Part shown: positions 12,892 to 26,685 of the stretch, one piece after another
Layout: the number at the start of each line of letters is the position of its first letter
How positions within the stretch are numbered: position 1 is the stretch's first letter
Assembly (NCBI GenBank): GCA_964016885.1
Contig: OZ024741.1
Span: forward strand, 319,610,001 to 319,674,000
Source: Eledone cirrhosa
Taxonomy: Eukaryota
Length of the DNA stretch: 64,000 nucleotides
Direction of reading: 5' to 3'
The notes under the pieces: generated by a model
Database searches by the model: none
Told to the model about the DNA's origin: nothing
What the model saw: only the letters and a program-made list of their open reading frames with translations
Position numbers and translations under genes: made by a program

Positions 12892-13056
12892 CACAGTACA
12901 GGCACTCTGAAGTTCTTATCACACACACCCGCACGCATGCACACACAAATACACACACACATACATACATACATACATACATACATGCTAGTCTTTAAAT
13001 TCCACTAATATCTTAACATTACTATTCTTCTTCTTCACTCCATTTCACATTTACAG

Positions 13057-13380
13057 ATATCAGTCTACAGTGTCTTGGTGTCAAATGGAACCTCCACAGT
13101 AAATATATTAACAAATCACCAGTTCTTGTAGATTTATTTCTAAAAGTTTATGAAAGCAATAAATCAACACTTAATCTCAAGCAAACTATGTTCAGGAAAA
13201 AGAAATCTGCCAGTGATAGTCAACTAAAATTAATAAAGTCACCACTTCTTGAGAAACCTCTTAAGCTGGAAGGTTTCAGGCGAAATTCCATTGATTCTGT
13301 CCCCACTTTCGACAATCTCACCTCAAATGAAATGTATCACATTAATTTGGCAGCCGATGATCCAAAGCTGACAAGGAAAG
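13057..13380 (+). CDS. BTBD16: BTB domain protein (BTBD16/GMCL1-like), internal coding exon A
   Basis: Acceptor tttacag|, donor |gtgagt. The frame is open across the exon: (D)ISLQCLGVKWNLHSKYINKSPVLVDLF...YHINLAADDPKLTRKG, matching the recalled BTBD16 BTB start (DVILECLGFKWELH) and its INDP motif. Confidence 0.8.
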
Positions 13381-14597
13381 GTGAGTTGTAACATTATTTG
13401 GAAAATAATGTTTTGTCTATCTCCCAGAACATCCCTAGTCAATGAACACACACATAATCAAAGGTATTCTGGCTGTGACCTTTGTCTTTTCAGCTATTAT
13501 CTTAAATGCATCAGACTAAACTAAAACTTAAAAAAACAATAAAAAACATCTCATTGACAACAAACCACAAGCATTTATTTCCCAAGAACAAGATAATATA
13601 ACCAATGTGATTTACAAATTCAACTGCAAAAATAAAAATTATAAAGTTCATGAAACCAATTGTAAGCTCATCATACTTCTCCTCTTTGTGTATGTTGAAG
13701 CATTGTTAAGTTAGAATAAGAAACTGCATCAGGAGAAACAATGGCTGAAAATTGACAGTCTTGAGAGTATAGGGCAAAATGACTTGCCATATTTGTTATA
13801 TCTCTTTATCCTTTGAACTTTGCACTTCTTGCTTAATAAAAATTAAGTACAAATCCAGAGCAGGGTTTGCCCAAATCGTAACAGTGTCTGACAGGAAGCC
13901 TAACAATATTTGTTCTTGCTTTTTTGCCTTCTGAATACCTGGGTAGTAACCTTAATCTGTCACTTGTGGAAAGCATTCGAGCCAAGTCTTCAGTCTGAGG
14001 ATAACTTCTTCTCTACTCTAGATCAATGTTGGAGACTCTAGAAATTGTCATGGAAGTTGCACTTAGCTTCCTGTCAAATGATAAAATATACTCACACGCA
14101 CATTTTTTGTGCGTTTATGTCTCTGTTTTTTAGTATACTTGTGAATGTTGACTTGTGGTGGTGGTGGTGTTGGTGGTGTGTACAATTAAGTGTGCCAAAT
14201 AGATGGTCTATATATTTCTGTGTGTATTTGTGTCCATAACAACTCTGTATGTGTGTGTGTGTGATGCCTGGCATCTCTGTGTATATATGATGACTGCATG
14301 TGTATGATGTCTAGCTGTGTTTGTGTATGTGTGGTAACTGGCATGTTTGTTGTATGTATATATGATGACTGTACATGTGTAATGGATGGTGTGTGTATGT
14401 CATGATATGTGCATGTATATGTGTGTGATGATTAGCATGTGTGTTTTGGAGTGGTGTCTTGCATGTGTGTGAGTTATCTTGTGTGAAAAGAATATCTCAC
14501 TATCATTAGTATTTTGTAAGGATATTCCCTCACAGTTAGAAATGCAGTGAAATATTTATAGCTAAAGCACACACACACTCACACATAATGGAATAAA

Positions 14598-16200
14598 TAT
14601 ATCTATCTACCTATCTCATGTATATTTATATATATATTATCTACCTATCTCATATTTATATATATATTATCTACCTATCTCATGTATATTTATATATATA
14701 TTATCTAACTATCTCATATATATTTATATATATATTATCTACCTATCTCATATTTATATATATATTATCTAACTATCTCATATATATTTATATATATATT
14801 ATCTACCTATCTCATATTTATATATATATTATCTAACTATCTCATATATATTTATATATATATTATCTACCTATCTCATATTTATATATATATTATCTAA
14901 CTATCTCATGTATATTTATATATATATTATCTACCTATCTCATATATATTTATATATATATTATCTACCTATCTCATGTATATTTATATATATATTAGCT
15001 ACCTATCTCATGTATATTTATATATATATTATCTACCTATCTCATATTTATATATATATTATCTACCTATCTCATATATATTTATATATATATTATCTAC
15101 ATATCTCATGTATATTTATATATATATTATCTACCTATCTCATATTTATATATATATTATCTACCTATCTCATATTTATATATATATTATCTACCTCTCT
15201 CATATTTATATATATATTATCTACCTATCTCTCATATATTTATATATATATTATCTACCTATCTCATATATTTATATATATATTATCTACCTATCTCATG
15301 TATATTTATATATATATTATCTACCTCTCTCATATATTTATTTATATATTATCTACCTATCTCATATATTTATATATATATTATCTACCTATCTCATATA
15401 TATTTATTTATATATATATTATCTACCTATCTTGTGTATATTTATATATATATTATCTACCTATCTTGTGTATATTTATATATATATTATATCTACCTAT
15501 CTCATATATATTTATATATATATTATCTACCTATCTCATATATATTTATTTATATATTATCTACCTATCTCATATATATTTATTTATATATATATTATCT
15601 ACCTATCTTGTGTATATTTATATATATATTATCTAACTATCTCGTGTATATTTATATATATATTATATCTACCTATCTCATGTATATTTATTTATATATT
15701 ATCTACCTATCTATCTCATATTTATATATATATTATCTACCTATCTCATATATATTTATATATATATTATCTACCTCTCTCATGTATATTTATATATATA
15801 TTATCTACCTATCTCATGTACATTTATATATATATTATCTACCTATCTCATGTATATTTATATATATATTATCTACCTATCTCATGTATATTTATATATA
15901 TATTATCTACCTATCTCATGTATATTTATATATATATTATCTACCTATCTCATGTATATTTATATATATATTATCTACCTATCTCATATTTATATATATA
16001 TTATCTACCTATCTCATGTATATTTATTTATATATTATCTACCTATCTCATGTATATTTATATATTATCTACCTATCTCATGTATATTTATATATATATT
16101 ATCTACCTATCTCATGTATATTTATTTATATATTATCTACCTATCTCATGTATATTTATATATTATCTACCTATCTCATGTATATTTATATATATATTAT
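14598..16200. repeat. Minisatellite, ~30-34-bp unit TATTATCTACCTATCTCATGTATATTTATATATA
   Basis: About 50 tandem variant copies; the long ORFs here are low-complexity artefacts. Confidence 0.95.
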
Positions 16201-16206
16201 CAACAG

Positions 16207-16324
16207 GCTTAGCTATGGCACTAAATGCTCTCTACCAGGATGTCATGGAATTACCATTTTCCAAGCAGATAGTCCATGTTTTAGCTGCAGCTCATCTGTT
16301 GCAAATGAAAGATCTGTCTGACAG
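16207..16324 (+). CDS. BTBD16: BTBD16-like exon B
   Basis: caacag|GC TTA GCT...GAC AG|gtaaca. Encodes LAMALNALYQDVMELPFSKQIVHVLAAAHLLQMKDLSDR (BTB C-terminal helices) and is phase-compatible with exons A and C. Confidence 0.85.
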
Positions 16325-16941
16325 GTAACAGATGTTCATTTTTACTTGATTTTTGTGTATCTACCTGAATATGTGCAAGTGTGTATCTTTTATATAGGCA
16401 GGGAATTGAGTTATTAGACTGAGTTATTAGAATATTGGATAGAACATTTTGCAGTATTCATTCCAGCTCTCTGCACTCTGAGTTAAAAATCTGCCAGGAT
16501 CAACTTTTCCTTTCACCCTTTTGAAGATAAAGTACCAGTCCAGTATTAGGGTCGATTCGCCCTCTGTATTTTTTTCTTACTTTTTCTCTCATACTCCCTC
16601 TCTTTCTTTGGAAACAAAATGTCAGCTGTGTCCAGACCTAAAGTGGGAATGGGCTCAGCTAGTTTTAATATTCCCAAACACACACTGTATGTCACTATGG
16701 TACACCTATGACTCCATCAGGACTTATGGCTACATACATATATCTTATATAATAAAATGTATTTTGAGTGTTTGTGTGCATGATAGAATGAGAGAGAGAG
16801 AGAGAGAGAGAAAGAAAGAGAAAGAGAGACTTTTTGCCGACGTAAGAGAAACACAAAAATACCCTCTCAAACATTTAGCCTATATGTCAGTAGAAGTAAT
16901 AACCTGAAGATCTTAAATAGTATATTTAACTAGGTGGACCC

Positions 16942-19327
16942 ATGTATGGGCCCCACAAAGACCACAAGACAGTCGACGATCCGACAACAGGACCACCAAC
17001 AAGACCTGTATGCGGAGAAAATATAGCTAGCAACTACAGGATCTCCTACTTCCTCTCAATGGTTATACGCCCCATAATCAAGATGTCCCCAGATGTATGT
17101 GACAGTACAGAGGACTTCTTCAGTAGAATCAGTGAGTGCAACAAAAACAAAAACCTATCCAACTGCATAATAGGCAGCATGGATGTGGTATCACTGTACC
17201 CATCCATTAACATTGATTTTGCTGTGGAAAAATGTGTGGAGATGATCATTGAGAGTGAGGTGGAGTTCTGCGATGTCGACACAGACAAACTGGGCCTCCT
17301 ACTTAGACTTACCTATGACACTGACTACCTAGACAGCCATGACCTTAGACGTTTCTGCCCCAGTAGACCCATAAGAGGTAGACCCCCCCACCATAACCTC
17401 AATGGCAAAAAAACTCCCATGGGAAGGTGGATTGGGTGGACCAAAGCTATATGGACCCCCCAAAACAATGGTCAGGTAAGAAAAATGGTCGCACATGCAA
17501 TAGGGGCTAGTATCACAACTATCCTAAAGGGCCACATATTCAAATTCAACGAGAAGTTCTACACCCAAAATGAGGGAGCAGCCATTGGCATCAGCATAGC
17601 TGGTGACGTTGCCAACCTTTTTATGGTATGGTGGGAAAGGAGACTCAAATATCTCCTTGATGAGGGCTCCATAGACCTCATCATGTACTCTCGTTACGGA
17701 AACGACATCAATATAGTAATAAGGACATCCCCACAAGAGAGTACTAACAAGTTTGATTTAGAACGTAGCACAATGGAAAGCATCCAGCAGATAGCTAATT
17801 CCATACACCAGAGTATAACTGTAACTATCGACTACCCTTCCAAACACCCTAACAATAGACTACCTGTATTAGACACGGAACTCTGGATTAACACTATAGA
17901 CGAGAGAGTCCAAATTCTCCACTCACACTATGCTAAACCCATGGCCTCCAAATACGTGATACTCAAAAACTCAGCAATGTCCAGTAGTGCTAAGTTTAAT
18001 ATTCTGATCGCAGACTTGGTACGAGTGATGAAGAACGTGTCCCGCATGTGCGACCCAAAAGAGATGGAAAGACACATCCAACACTTCATCAACCACATGC
18101 AGTTCTCTGGCTACAACCAAAGAGACAGAATCAGAGTATACGAAGGAGCCACGGAGAAGTATAAGACCCTCATAGAACTGGACATGAAAGGAATTTGCCC
18201 ATTATACAGGAGCAAATCATGGAATAGATTAGATAGGACTAGACATAAGATAGGGAAAGCCGCCTCATGGGACGACAACCAGAGATACCAGAGTGTCATG
18301 TTTGTGGACGCTACTCCTGGAGTGAAATTAGCTAACCAGTGTAGAAAGGCCATGAGAAAGACCCACTTAAAGATTAAGGTGGTAGAAAAGCCAGGAACCA
18401 CCATAAAATCCCTGATCAGAAAAACCTACCCTTTTAAGAAAACCCACTGTACTAATAGGAAATGTATTATATGTAAAGTAAACCCCCGGATAAACTGTAA
18501 AACTAGAAATGTAGTCTATAGCATAAGATGTACAGAGGGTACTTGCAGAAACATAACAACAACATACATAGACGAGATAGCTCGTAGAACTAAAAGGACA
18601 AAAAACGGTTCAGTACTATATGAACATGCCAGACAACAACATGACAGTAACATAGACAACATAGAAATTAGAATAATATCTAAACATAGAAATGACCCAG
18701 CAGATAGGCAAATCAGAGAGGCCAGCGAAATAGAACTTAGAAGGCCAAGGCAAAACAGAAAAAATGAATGGAATAACAACACCTAAACAAACAATACTGA
18801 CATAAGAGAAGTATAAATAAATAAATAAATACATACACAAGCACAATAACAACAAACACATATAAACACACACTAGTAAACTAAGATAGAATACAATAAC
18901 CAATACACAGTCACCCAAATACGAACACACATCAAACACTATACACACGCAAACGCATGCGCAGAGAAGACAAAAAAAAATAAAATAAACAGACTAAATA
19001 AAGAAGGCGTAGGCATACAATACAATGGGAGGAAACATAATAGCACCACTGACGATGTTACAGATGTGCAACAAAAGAACTTTGTTAGACTATATATATG
19101 TTTGTGTCTATATTGTATCTGTATTTTTGACCGTTGGTCAGTCAATGGCAACATTGCAGACTGAATAAATTAAATTAACCGATATAAAAGACACAGAAGC
19201 AAAAACCAACCAAACAGTGAGTGTGTTCTGTTATTAATTCTGGCAATATTATTACACAAATATGACCCTCCCCAAGTATAACAATATTTGTTTCGACACA
19301 CGATTTCATATCAAAAACCTCGCAAAA

Positions 19328-19330
<3 letters not shown>
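16942..19330 (+). mobile_element. Penelope-like retroelement, 5'-truncated (RT plus Cys-rich linker plus GIY-YIG; ORF 16942-18786), catalytically degenerate
   Basis: MYG..KDHK, RPV, SMDVVSLYPSI, Q.EGAAIG, YSRYGND (degenerate Y.DD), LPVLD, CxxxxCxxC linker, NVVY.IRC...TYIDEIAR (degenerate YIGET). A degenerate CTGACGA HHR-like motif lies near 19049. Confidence 0.9.
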
Positions 19331-19363
<33 letters not shown>

Positions 19364-19479
19364 TAACTTTGCCTTTCATCCTTATGGGGTCGATAAAATA
19401 AAGTACCAGTAATGCACTGGGATAATTGTTGGCCTTGTACCAATAGTAGAAACAATTATATATATATATATATATAAAT

Positions 19480-19543
<64 letters not shown>

Positions 19544-19764
19544 GTTTCTATATATATATATATATAATTGTTTCTACTATTGGCACAAGGCCAACAATTA
19601 TCCCAGTGCATTACTGGTACTTTATTTTATCGACCCCGTAAGGATGAAAGGCAAAGTTAACCTTGGCGGGATTTGAACTCAGATCATAAAGGGGCGTAAC
19701 TCTATGCTGGAAAGCATGGTGTCCGACCCTCTACTGATACTGCCAATTCACCGCCAGACAGCAT

Positions 19765-20595
19765 ATTTATCAATGCCAGGACCGGTTGTATCTCAGCGCA
19801 CTCAATAGGCAATGTAAGATACATTCCCAGAGTATACACCTAGTTATTCGCTTCAATACAACACACGTAAAACGGGTGCCTATAATAGTTCCCGGACTTG
19901 AGTTTCGGCCACACTTAATGCAGCAGTAAGGTGCACTGCACCCTCTATCTGCATACATTATGCAACAATGCATAATCGGCGTATGTGGCTTCATCAGCGG
20001 GTATTACCTAATCAATAACCAATCGATCGACAGAATCCAAACCCCAGCCCATGCTGGATATGACTGTTTGTGACGGCTGACACCGTAAAGTGATTAGCAA
20101 CTGGAATCTGATACAATTCTGTCCCTCGACCAGCCACCTATTTACAAACCTTACGTGGTGGCGGGAGAATAGAAAACAAATATTTTCGTTCCCGTCAAAA
20201 GCATTCAGCCAACGTGTCTCAAACACAAATTAATAAGGAATGAAAAGATGGTTATTAGAAATAGCAGTCCCACATCGATGCATAATAGAATGGTAGCATT
20301 CGGCTCAGGTCTCCAAGTCCCATGGCTAGAGGAAAGCGATAGTAACAATGGTAGTGCCAAGAACCTTTAACGGACATTAAATGCCAGTATTTATTATAGT
20401 AGCTGGGTTGCGGCAGCCGTGTCTATTTCACAACTTAAAAGAGTGACAGATAAAATTGTATAACAACAGTCAATCACTATAAATATCAATGGTATTAGAA
20501 ACTCTGGTAAAATACCCCTAGCGACAGAAAAAAGTGGATAGCAGTTGCTATGTAGAGTCGATCTTTGTATCTCTTGATATTCAGCCAAGTGACGA
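19765..20595 (-). mobile_element. Probable PLE 3' end / pLTR fragment carrying an HHR
   Basis: Non-repetitive segment containing the HHR at 19891-20001; LAEYQEIQRS at its 5' side weakly resembles a PLE C-terminus. Confidence 0.5.
19891..20001 (-). ncRNA. Type I hammerhead ribozyme with 84-nt branched stem II
   Basis: CCCG-CTGATGA-aGCCACA...TGTGGCc-GAAA-CTCAAG-TC-CGGG, with a GUC cleavage triplet. Stem I extends TAATA/TATTA across a bulge. Confidence 0.8.
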
Positions 20596-20749
20596 GTTCT
20601 CCAGTTGATTCAGTCAATGGAACTGTTTGCTTGAGAAATTAACATGTAAGTGGCTGAGCATTTCACAGTCATGTGAAGCCTTAACATTGTTCTCAGGGAG
20701 ATGCAGCCTTAAACAACGCATGTCAAGGCTAGACTCATGAATTACAGGT

Positions 20750-21035
20750 ATTTAAGTGTGTGTGTGTGCATGTGTGTTGTGTATGTGTGTGCATGTGTGT
20801 GCTTTGTACACATGTGTGTGTGTGACTCTGTGTGTGTGTTTGTATGTATGTGTGTGTGCATGTGTGTGAATGTGTATGTATGTGTGTGTTTATGTGTGTG
20901 TTGTATGCATGTTTGTGTGTGAGTATGTGTGTGCTTTGTGCACACGTGTGTGACTGTGTGTGTTTGTATGTGTGTGTGTGTGTGTGCATGTGTGCATTTA
21001 GTGCCCATGTGTGTGTGTGCATGTGCATCTGTGTA
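20750..21035. repeat. Degenerate (TG)n microsatellite
   Basis: Direct inspection. Confidence 0.85.
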
Positions 21036-21744
21036 TTTATTTAAAATACCCAATACATAACATGTAGATCCAGTATTTGAAAGCATGGATCAACATTATT
21101 TTGTGCAGACCTCATAGTGTTGTGTGTATATTCCACCATGTTTTATCTGCAAAACTTACATATTTCTAGAATTTTTGTATTTATTATATGTATCATATGT
21201 CCAGGCAATACACCAATTTTTTAAAGGATCACATCATCGAAAAATCACTTATAGATAACCAATACAGTGTTTCATCTCTGGGTATTAATACTTATTTTTC
21301 AAATACTGACTTTAGCTATTCCATTATTTTGCCGCCTTTCAAGAAAGAGATTGCATCTCCCATTGTTTGATTTTATTACAATAATGGCTCTCAAGATGTA
21401 CTTACAAACACACACAAACATACACATACATGCACACACACACACTATATACGCATGGACACAGACACAAATGTACGCACACATATATGGATATAGGGAA
21501 CAGCTGTGACTATAACATATTTATATGCTATAGTATACTCTTCCCCATATATATATATGTATACGCACATACAAATATGTATATATGTTTGTATATATAA
21601 TTGCCTCACATATAAACATATGTGCACACACATATACACAAACGTACATATATAAACGTGTGTGTGTGTGTGTGTATGTATATATATATATATATCCTTA
21701 AGTCATATTATTGAATATATACACTACAAGCATAGACAGAGGAG

Positions 21745-21781
<37 letters not shown>

Positions 21782-21990
21782 CATGCAAACATATGCATAT
21801 CCATATATATACACACACATGTATATATGTATATACAAATGTATGTATATATTTAGTATATATAATATATACACACATACGTATATATATATATAATATA
21901 TATCTATATATAATATATATATCTATATATAATATATATATGATATACATATAATATATATATATATGATATATAATATATATATATATG

Positions 21991-22028
<38 letters not shown>

Positions 22029-22669
22029 ATATATATATAATATATATATATATGATACATATATAATATATATATATATATGATATATATATATCAAGCC
22101 AGAATCAGTTCCCGTCCCACCCTTGCAAGCAGGGAAAAGCGGACGTAAAATGATGATGATGATGATATATATATATATATAATACATATATATATATATA
22201 TATGATATATATATATATATATATACATACACATATATACATATATACATATATGGACATACACAATTACATATATATCTCCATATATATATATAAATAC
22301 ACTTATGCACACAAATATATGGCGGAAGCTTCACACCACAGAAATGAAATATTTATGATATATTCCATCATTCAAAATCCTATTTTCGCTTTACAGAAGC
22401 CATCTTATGATTCGTGCTAAACTTTTGACACCAATAGTTGATAGATAAAGGTGAATGATGGCTGAAAATATTTTTCATCTGGTTTAATGGTTCTCAGCTT
22501 GTTCTCTGTCACGAAAACTAATCACGATGGAGGTCACATAGAGCTTTGGCTATTGTTATTGCATTTTTTTATGCTGAGGGTAAACTATTTCACTTAGCTC
22601 ACTCATCTGTAAGTGATGCCACATGTACGTATGTATTTTTCTCTCTTTATGTCTATCTATAATTATCTA

Positions 22670-25600
22670 TCACAAGAAATAAACAACTGGTGGAAACTAT
22701 CCGAAAGGACTCCACAATACAAACGGAAGGGAAAACCTTCCCCACTAACGACCCACCCCCAAACCTCAAACTTATTAGGGTAACAACCATACAGCTCGAA
22801 ACTTTAAAAAAGAACTTCCCACATGATGTGGGCCTCCCTTGCCAAAAGCCCCTTAACCGTGTCCTGCTAAAAGGATTCTCTCCATCCCCAAACACCCCCA
22901 ATCTGGACAAGGAGATCGAACAACCTGACCTCCAGGAAACGAAAAGGTAAGTGTTCCTGCCTTTTCTCTCCCTAACTCTTCTTCACCAACATGGCGACTA
23001 TACAAGTTGGATGTTTGAATGTACGTGGCCTGGGCATGCCCTGGAAACAGGGCCAGCTTTTAAATGATCTCAGGTCAGATTGTATAGAAGTGATAGCCAT
23101 CATCAAGTCCAGGATTCACGACAAGCAGCAGCTAACCCCCATGTTCAATGACTTTGAGATCTATGCATCTCTCTGTCAGCCAGGAGGTGGAGGGGGCGTT
23201 GCTGTTCTGTTTCGAAAAACTTGGATCTCAAAGCACAGACGATTCACTTAGACCCGGAGGGCAGCTTGATGGTCCTGTACGTGAATGGTAGTGAAGGTGG
23301 AGCTTTCAGTCTGGTGGCCATATATGCCCCAACTGGGACATCACGACCAGAGTTCTTCAAGCATCTGGAGCCATTCCTGGGAACGTCTCGCTCCTTAGTG
23401 TTAGCTCCTTAGTGTACCACTGTGGACGTGGAGCAGCCGCACTGGGTCTTCTAGATCATATTTAGAGAGATTTTTAATTAGACAGAATGATAAGGAAACA
23501 TTAAGCTGTCCACAAATGCACATCGTTGCCTATTCAGACCACAAATTAGTCACCTGTGTAGTCAACCTTGATAGAATACATAGACAGCGACCCAGATACT
23601 GGAAGCTAAACATGTCACTTCCGGCGCGTAAGGCCTACAGTAAATGGATTAGCACCTTAGTTAAGTGCCAGTTGACGGGGGCAATCGTCAACAACAGGTG
23701 GTGGAGCTCTCTCGAGAAAGCAATTAGAATAGAATCGATAGCATTTTGCAAGGAAGTAGCTTTAGAAAAAAACAAAACCGGAAAGGAACTGGTAGCTAAA
23801 GTAGAAGAGGCACTTAGGATGGCAGTACAGCTGACGTACTAGCGGCGAGAACGATGCTAGACCAGTTCTTCAACGTGAAAGACAAAGGTTGTATTGTCAG
23901 AAGTAGAACATGTGCTCTAAGAAACGAGGCAGCCAAAGCTCTTAGCTGGGCCCAAGTGGCAGAGGCGAAAAGTGGCACCAAATCCACAATTCGGTCTTTG
24001 CAAGACAAAGATGGACGCATTCTACTTGAATCCAACCAGATTTACACGGCCTTCCAGCAGCATTTTGCGCAACTGTTTGGGCAAAGCGATACATCGAGAG
24101 TGGTGATGGACTTCAGCTCCTACCTAGACAGTGTACCACGACTCTCGAGCATGGATGCAGAGAGCTGCAAAAAGCCGATCACAGCGGGTGAAATAGAAGA
24201 TGCCCTAGGCTGCTACGGGAAACACAAATCACCCAGTTTAGATGGTCTACCCTATGAGGTTTACATAGGCATGCCAGACTTGTTCACTGGTGTCCTCAAA
24301 GCGGTCTACTGCAACTGGCAGCAGAAAGGAAGGATTGCCAGTTCTGTAGGCAGAGGCGTAGTAACGCTGATCAGGAAAGATGAGAACAAGGGGGATGACA
24401 TAAGCAATTTCAGACTCATAACTCTGCTCAACACAGAGTTAAGATTTTGGCCAAGGTGTTAGCAGCGAGGCTGGCACTTGTCGTCGAGAACCTGGTAGGG
24501 GAAGCGCAAACGTGTGCAATCCCGACCAGGTCCATACACGACAACCTCCACCTCATGCGATACATCATAGAGAGGGTAGGGTGTAAACCTGGCTTCGGTG
24601 GGGCTCTGATCAATTTAGATCAGTCTAAGGCATTTGATAGGGTCGACCATCATTACTTGGAAGCGGTTCTCAAGGCGGCCGGCTTCGGTCCCGTCTTCAG
24701 AAGCTGGATCATGCCATGCACACCAACATCTGCTCGGCAGTCAAGGTGAATGGCTTCCTATCAGAGCCATTCCAAATCATGCCTTCCATCTGTCAGGGAT
24801 GCCTTCTCTCCGCCATTCTGTATGTACTGACTCGCGAGCCATTACTGTGGAAGTTGGAGTTGTTGCAGGGCATCCCGATCGAACCAGGACTGCGGAAAGC
24901 AGCGTCAGCCTGTGCCGACGACATAACCGTAATGGTGTCGAAAACCTCGGAAATCGGGGTAATCGGCAACCTATTACAGGAATACAAAACCTTGACAGGA
25001 GCAAGACCAAACCCAAACAAGTCTGTCGGTTTGCAACTCGACACATGGAGAGGAAAACCGATGCCTTCTGACAGTGTCACTGGACGCTGGACGGAAGGAC
25101 CGGTGAAATTGCTTGGGGTCTTGTTTGGTCCAGACCTCCAGGTGGACAAGAACTGGAGGTGTTTGTACTCATCCAGAAGTGGGCTGAGTGGAAACTCACC
25201 TTGAAAAGTCGAGCGGAGATGGCGAACACTTACATAGCATCTGTCATCTACTACCGCTTGACAGCCGTGCCTTGTCCATGTGAATACCTCACCAAAATGG
25301 AGCGCCTACTCTTCAAGTTCCACTGGAAGAAACAGGCTCCATTGGTGAGGAGATCCATCTGCTGTCAACACCCTTCTAACAGAGGGCTGGGCATCCCGAG
25401 GCTGATGATGTGCAAACACGTGCTGAGGCTATGCCATCTCCAGGTATTCCTGACCGGTGAAAAAGTGTGGCTGTCATTTGTGAGACAAGCTCTTCCACAA
25501 CTCGTCTCACTAACAGAGCTGCAGTCCTGGGTCAAGCGAAGACCAAAAATGGGTGCCTGGCACCTCGAGTGCCTTCAGGCGCTCACAGCCCTCTACGAAG

Positions 25601-26545
25601 CGGAAACGGCAATCAGCGGAGACTCCACTTTGAAATTCTATAGTGGATTAGTGGAGGATAAGTGCGACGACGTTCTCGAGGAAACTCTAGGCATCGAGGA
25701 GGACGAACTGACCAGTCTGTTCGGGAGGACTTTCCGTCCAGGGCCTATGGATTACTTCCAGAGGTCTCTGGCCTGGCAGTGCTACCAAGGTGCTCTACCA
25801 GTTCGAGACAAAATCTACAGGCACGGACGCCCTGGCAGAGATCCTGCCAAAAGGACCTGTCCAAGATGCGAGCAGGACATCGAAACCATTCTGCACACAA
25901 TTGTTCAGTGCCCAGGGGTGACCGACCTGTGGAATTATGTCGAACAGCTACTGTCACGTGTGGGACGCATCCAGTTGTCAGCCGAGTCCATCGTGAGGAT
26001 CACCCCGCTGCCTTTATTTAAGAATGAAGGAGAGGCGGTTTTCCTCTGTCTGGTGGCTATGGTGAAAGAGGTAATATGGTGGACGAAGTTAAAAGGACTG
26101 AGGGCAAACACCTTTCTCTCTGGACAACAACTTATCCCCTTCTTTAAGTACCACTTCAAAAGGAAGGTGAGAGTGGAGAGAGAGGTGCTAGACCCCAGTA
26201 AATTCGCTGAAAGGTGGGTGAATGTGCCGAAAATGGCCCGAGTGAATGGGCCTTCTCTGTATATAAACCTGTAGGTTGAGGAAGATAAACAGAGGGAAGA
26301 CAGGAATACCTACAAAACGTGTTCCTGGTGTTGAGGGTTGTTCTATCCATGGGGTGTAAAACAACCCTGCAGTAACGTTCCCCTCTATTGAGGATTTCAA
26401 TTGTTATTTTGTTATTTTATTATATATAGTTTATTGTTATTTATTAATGTTAAAGTTATATGATTGTTATGTAAAACCCCCTCTGTCACGTCTTGTAATG
26501 TCCCATTTTTGTACGCCCTCTGTGGCAAATAAAGAAAGATATCTA
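22670..26545 (+). mobile_element. Tx1/L1-clade non-LTR retrotransposon, near-complete ORF2 (APE, RT, C-terminal Zn knuckle), frameshifted
   Basis: MATIQVGCLNVRGL (APE start), SDHKLV, YWKLN, KSPSLDGLPYE, NFRLITLLNT, LDQSKAFDRVDH, ACADD, CPRC...ETILHTIVQC; 3' AATAAAGAAAG. Confidence 0.9.
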
Positions 26546-26580
26546 TCATATATTATCTGTTTATCCATCACCTATCCATT

Positions 26581-26613
<33 letters not shown>

Positions 26614-26628
26614 GTGTGTGTGTTTTTA

Positions 26629-26685
<57 letters not shown>

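Noticed and set aside
13188-13391. ORF-track ATG as gene start
   Set aside because: The frame is open upstream to the acceptor at 13057 and encodes the BTB start, so this is an internal exon.
14618-16206. Long ORFs (242-450 aa) rich in Y/I/L/S
   Set aside because: They are translations of a stop-poor minisatellite; only 16207-16324 is a real exon. The same applies to all [12 protein letters not shown] and ERER ORFs.
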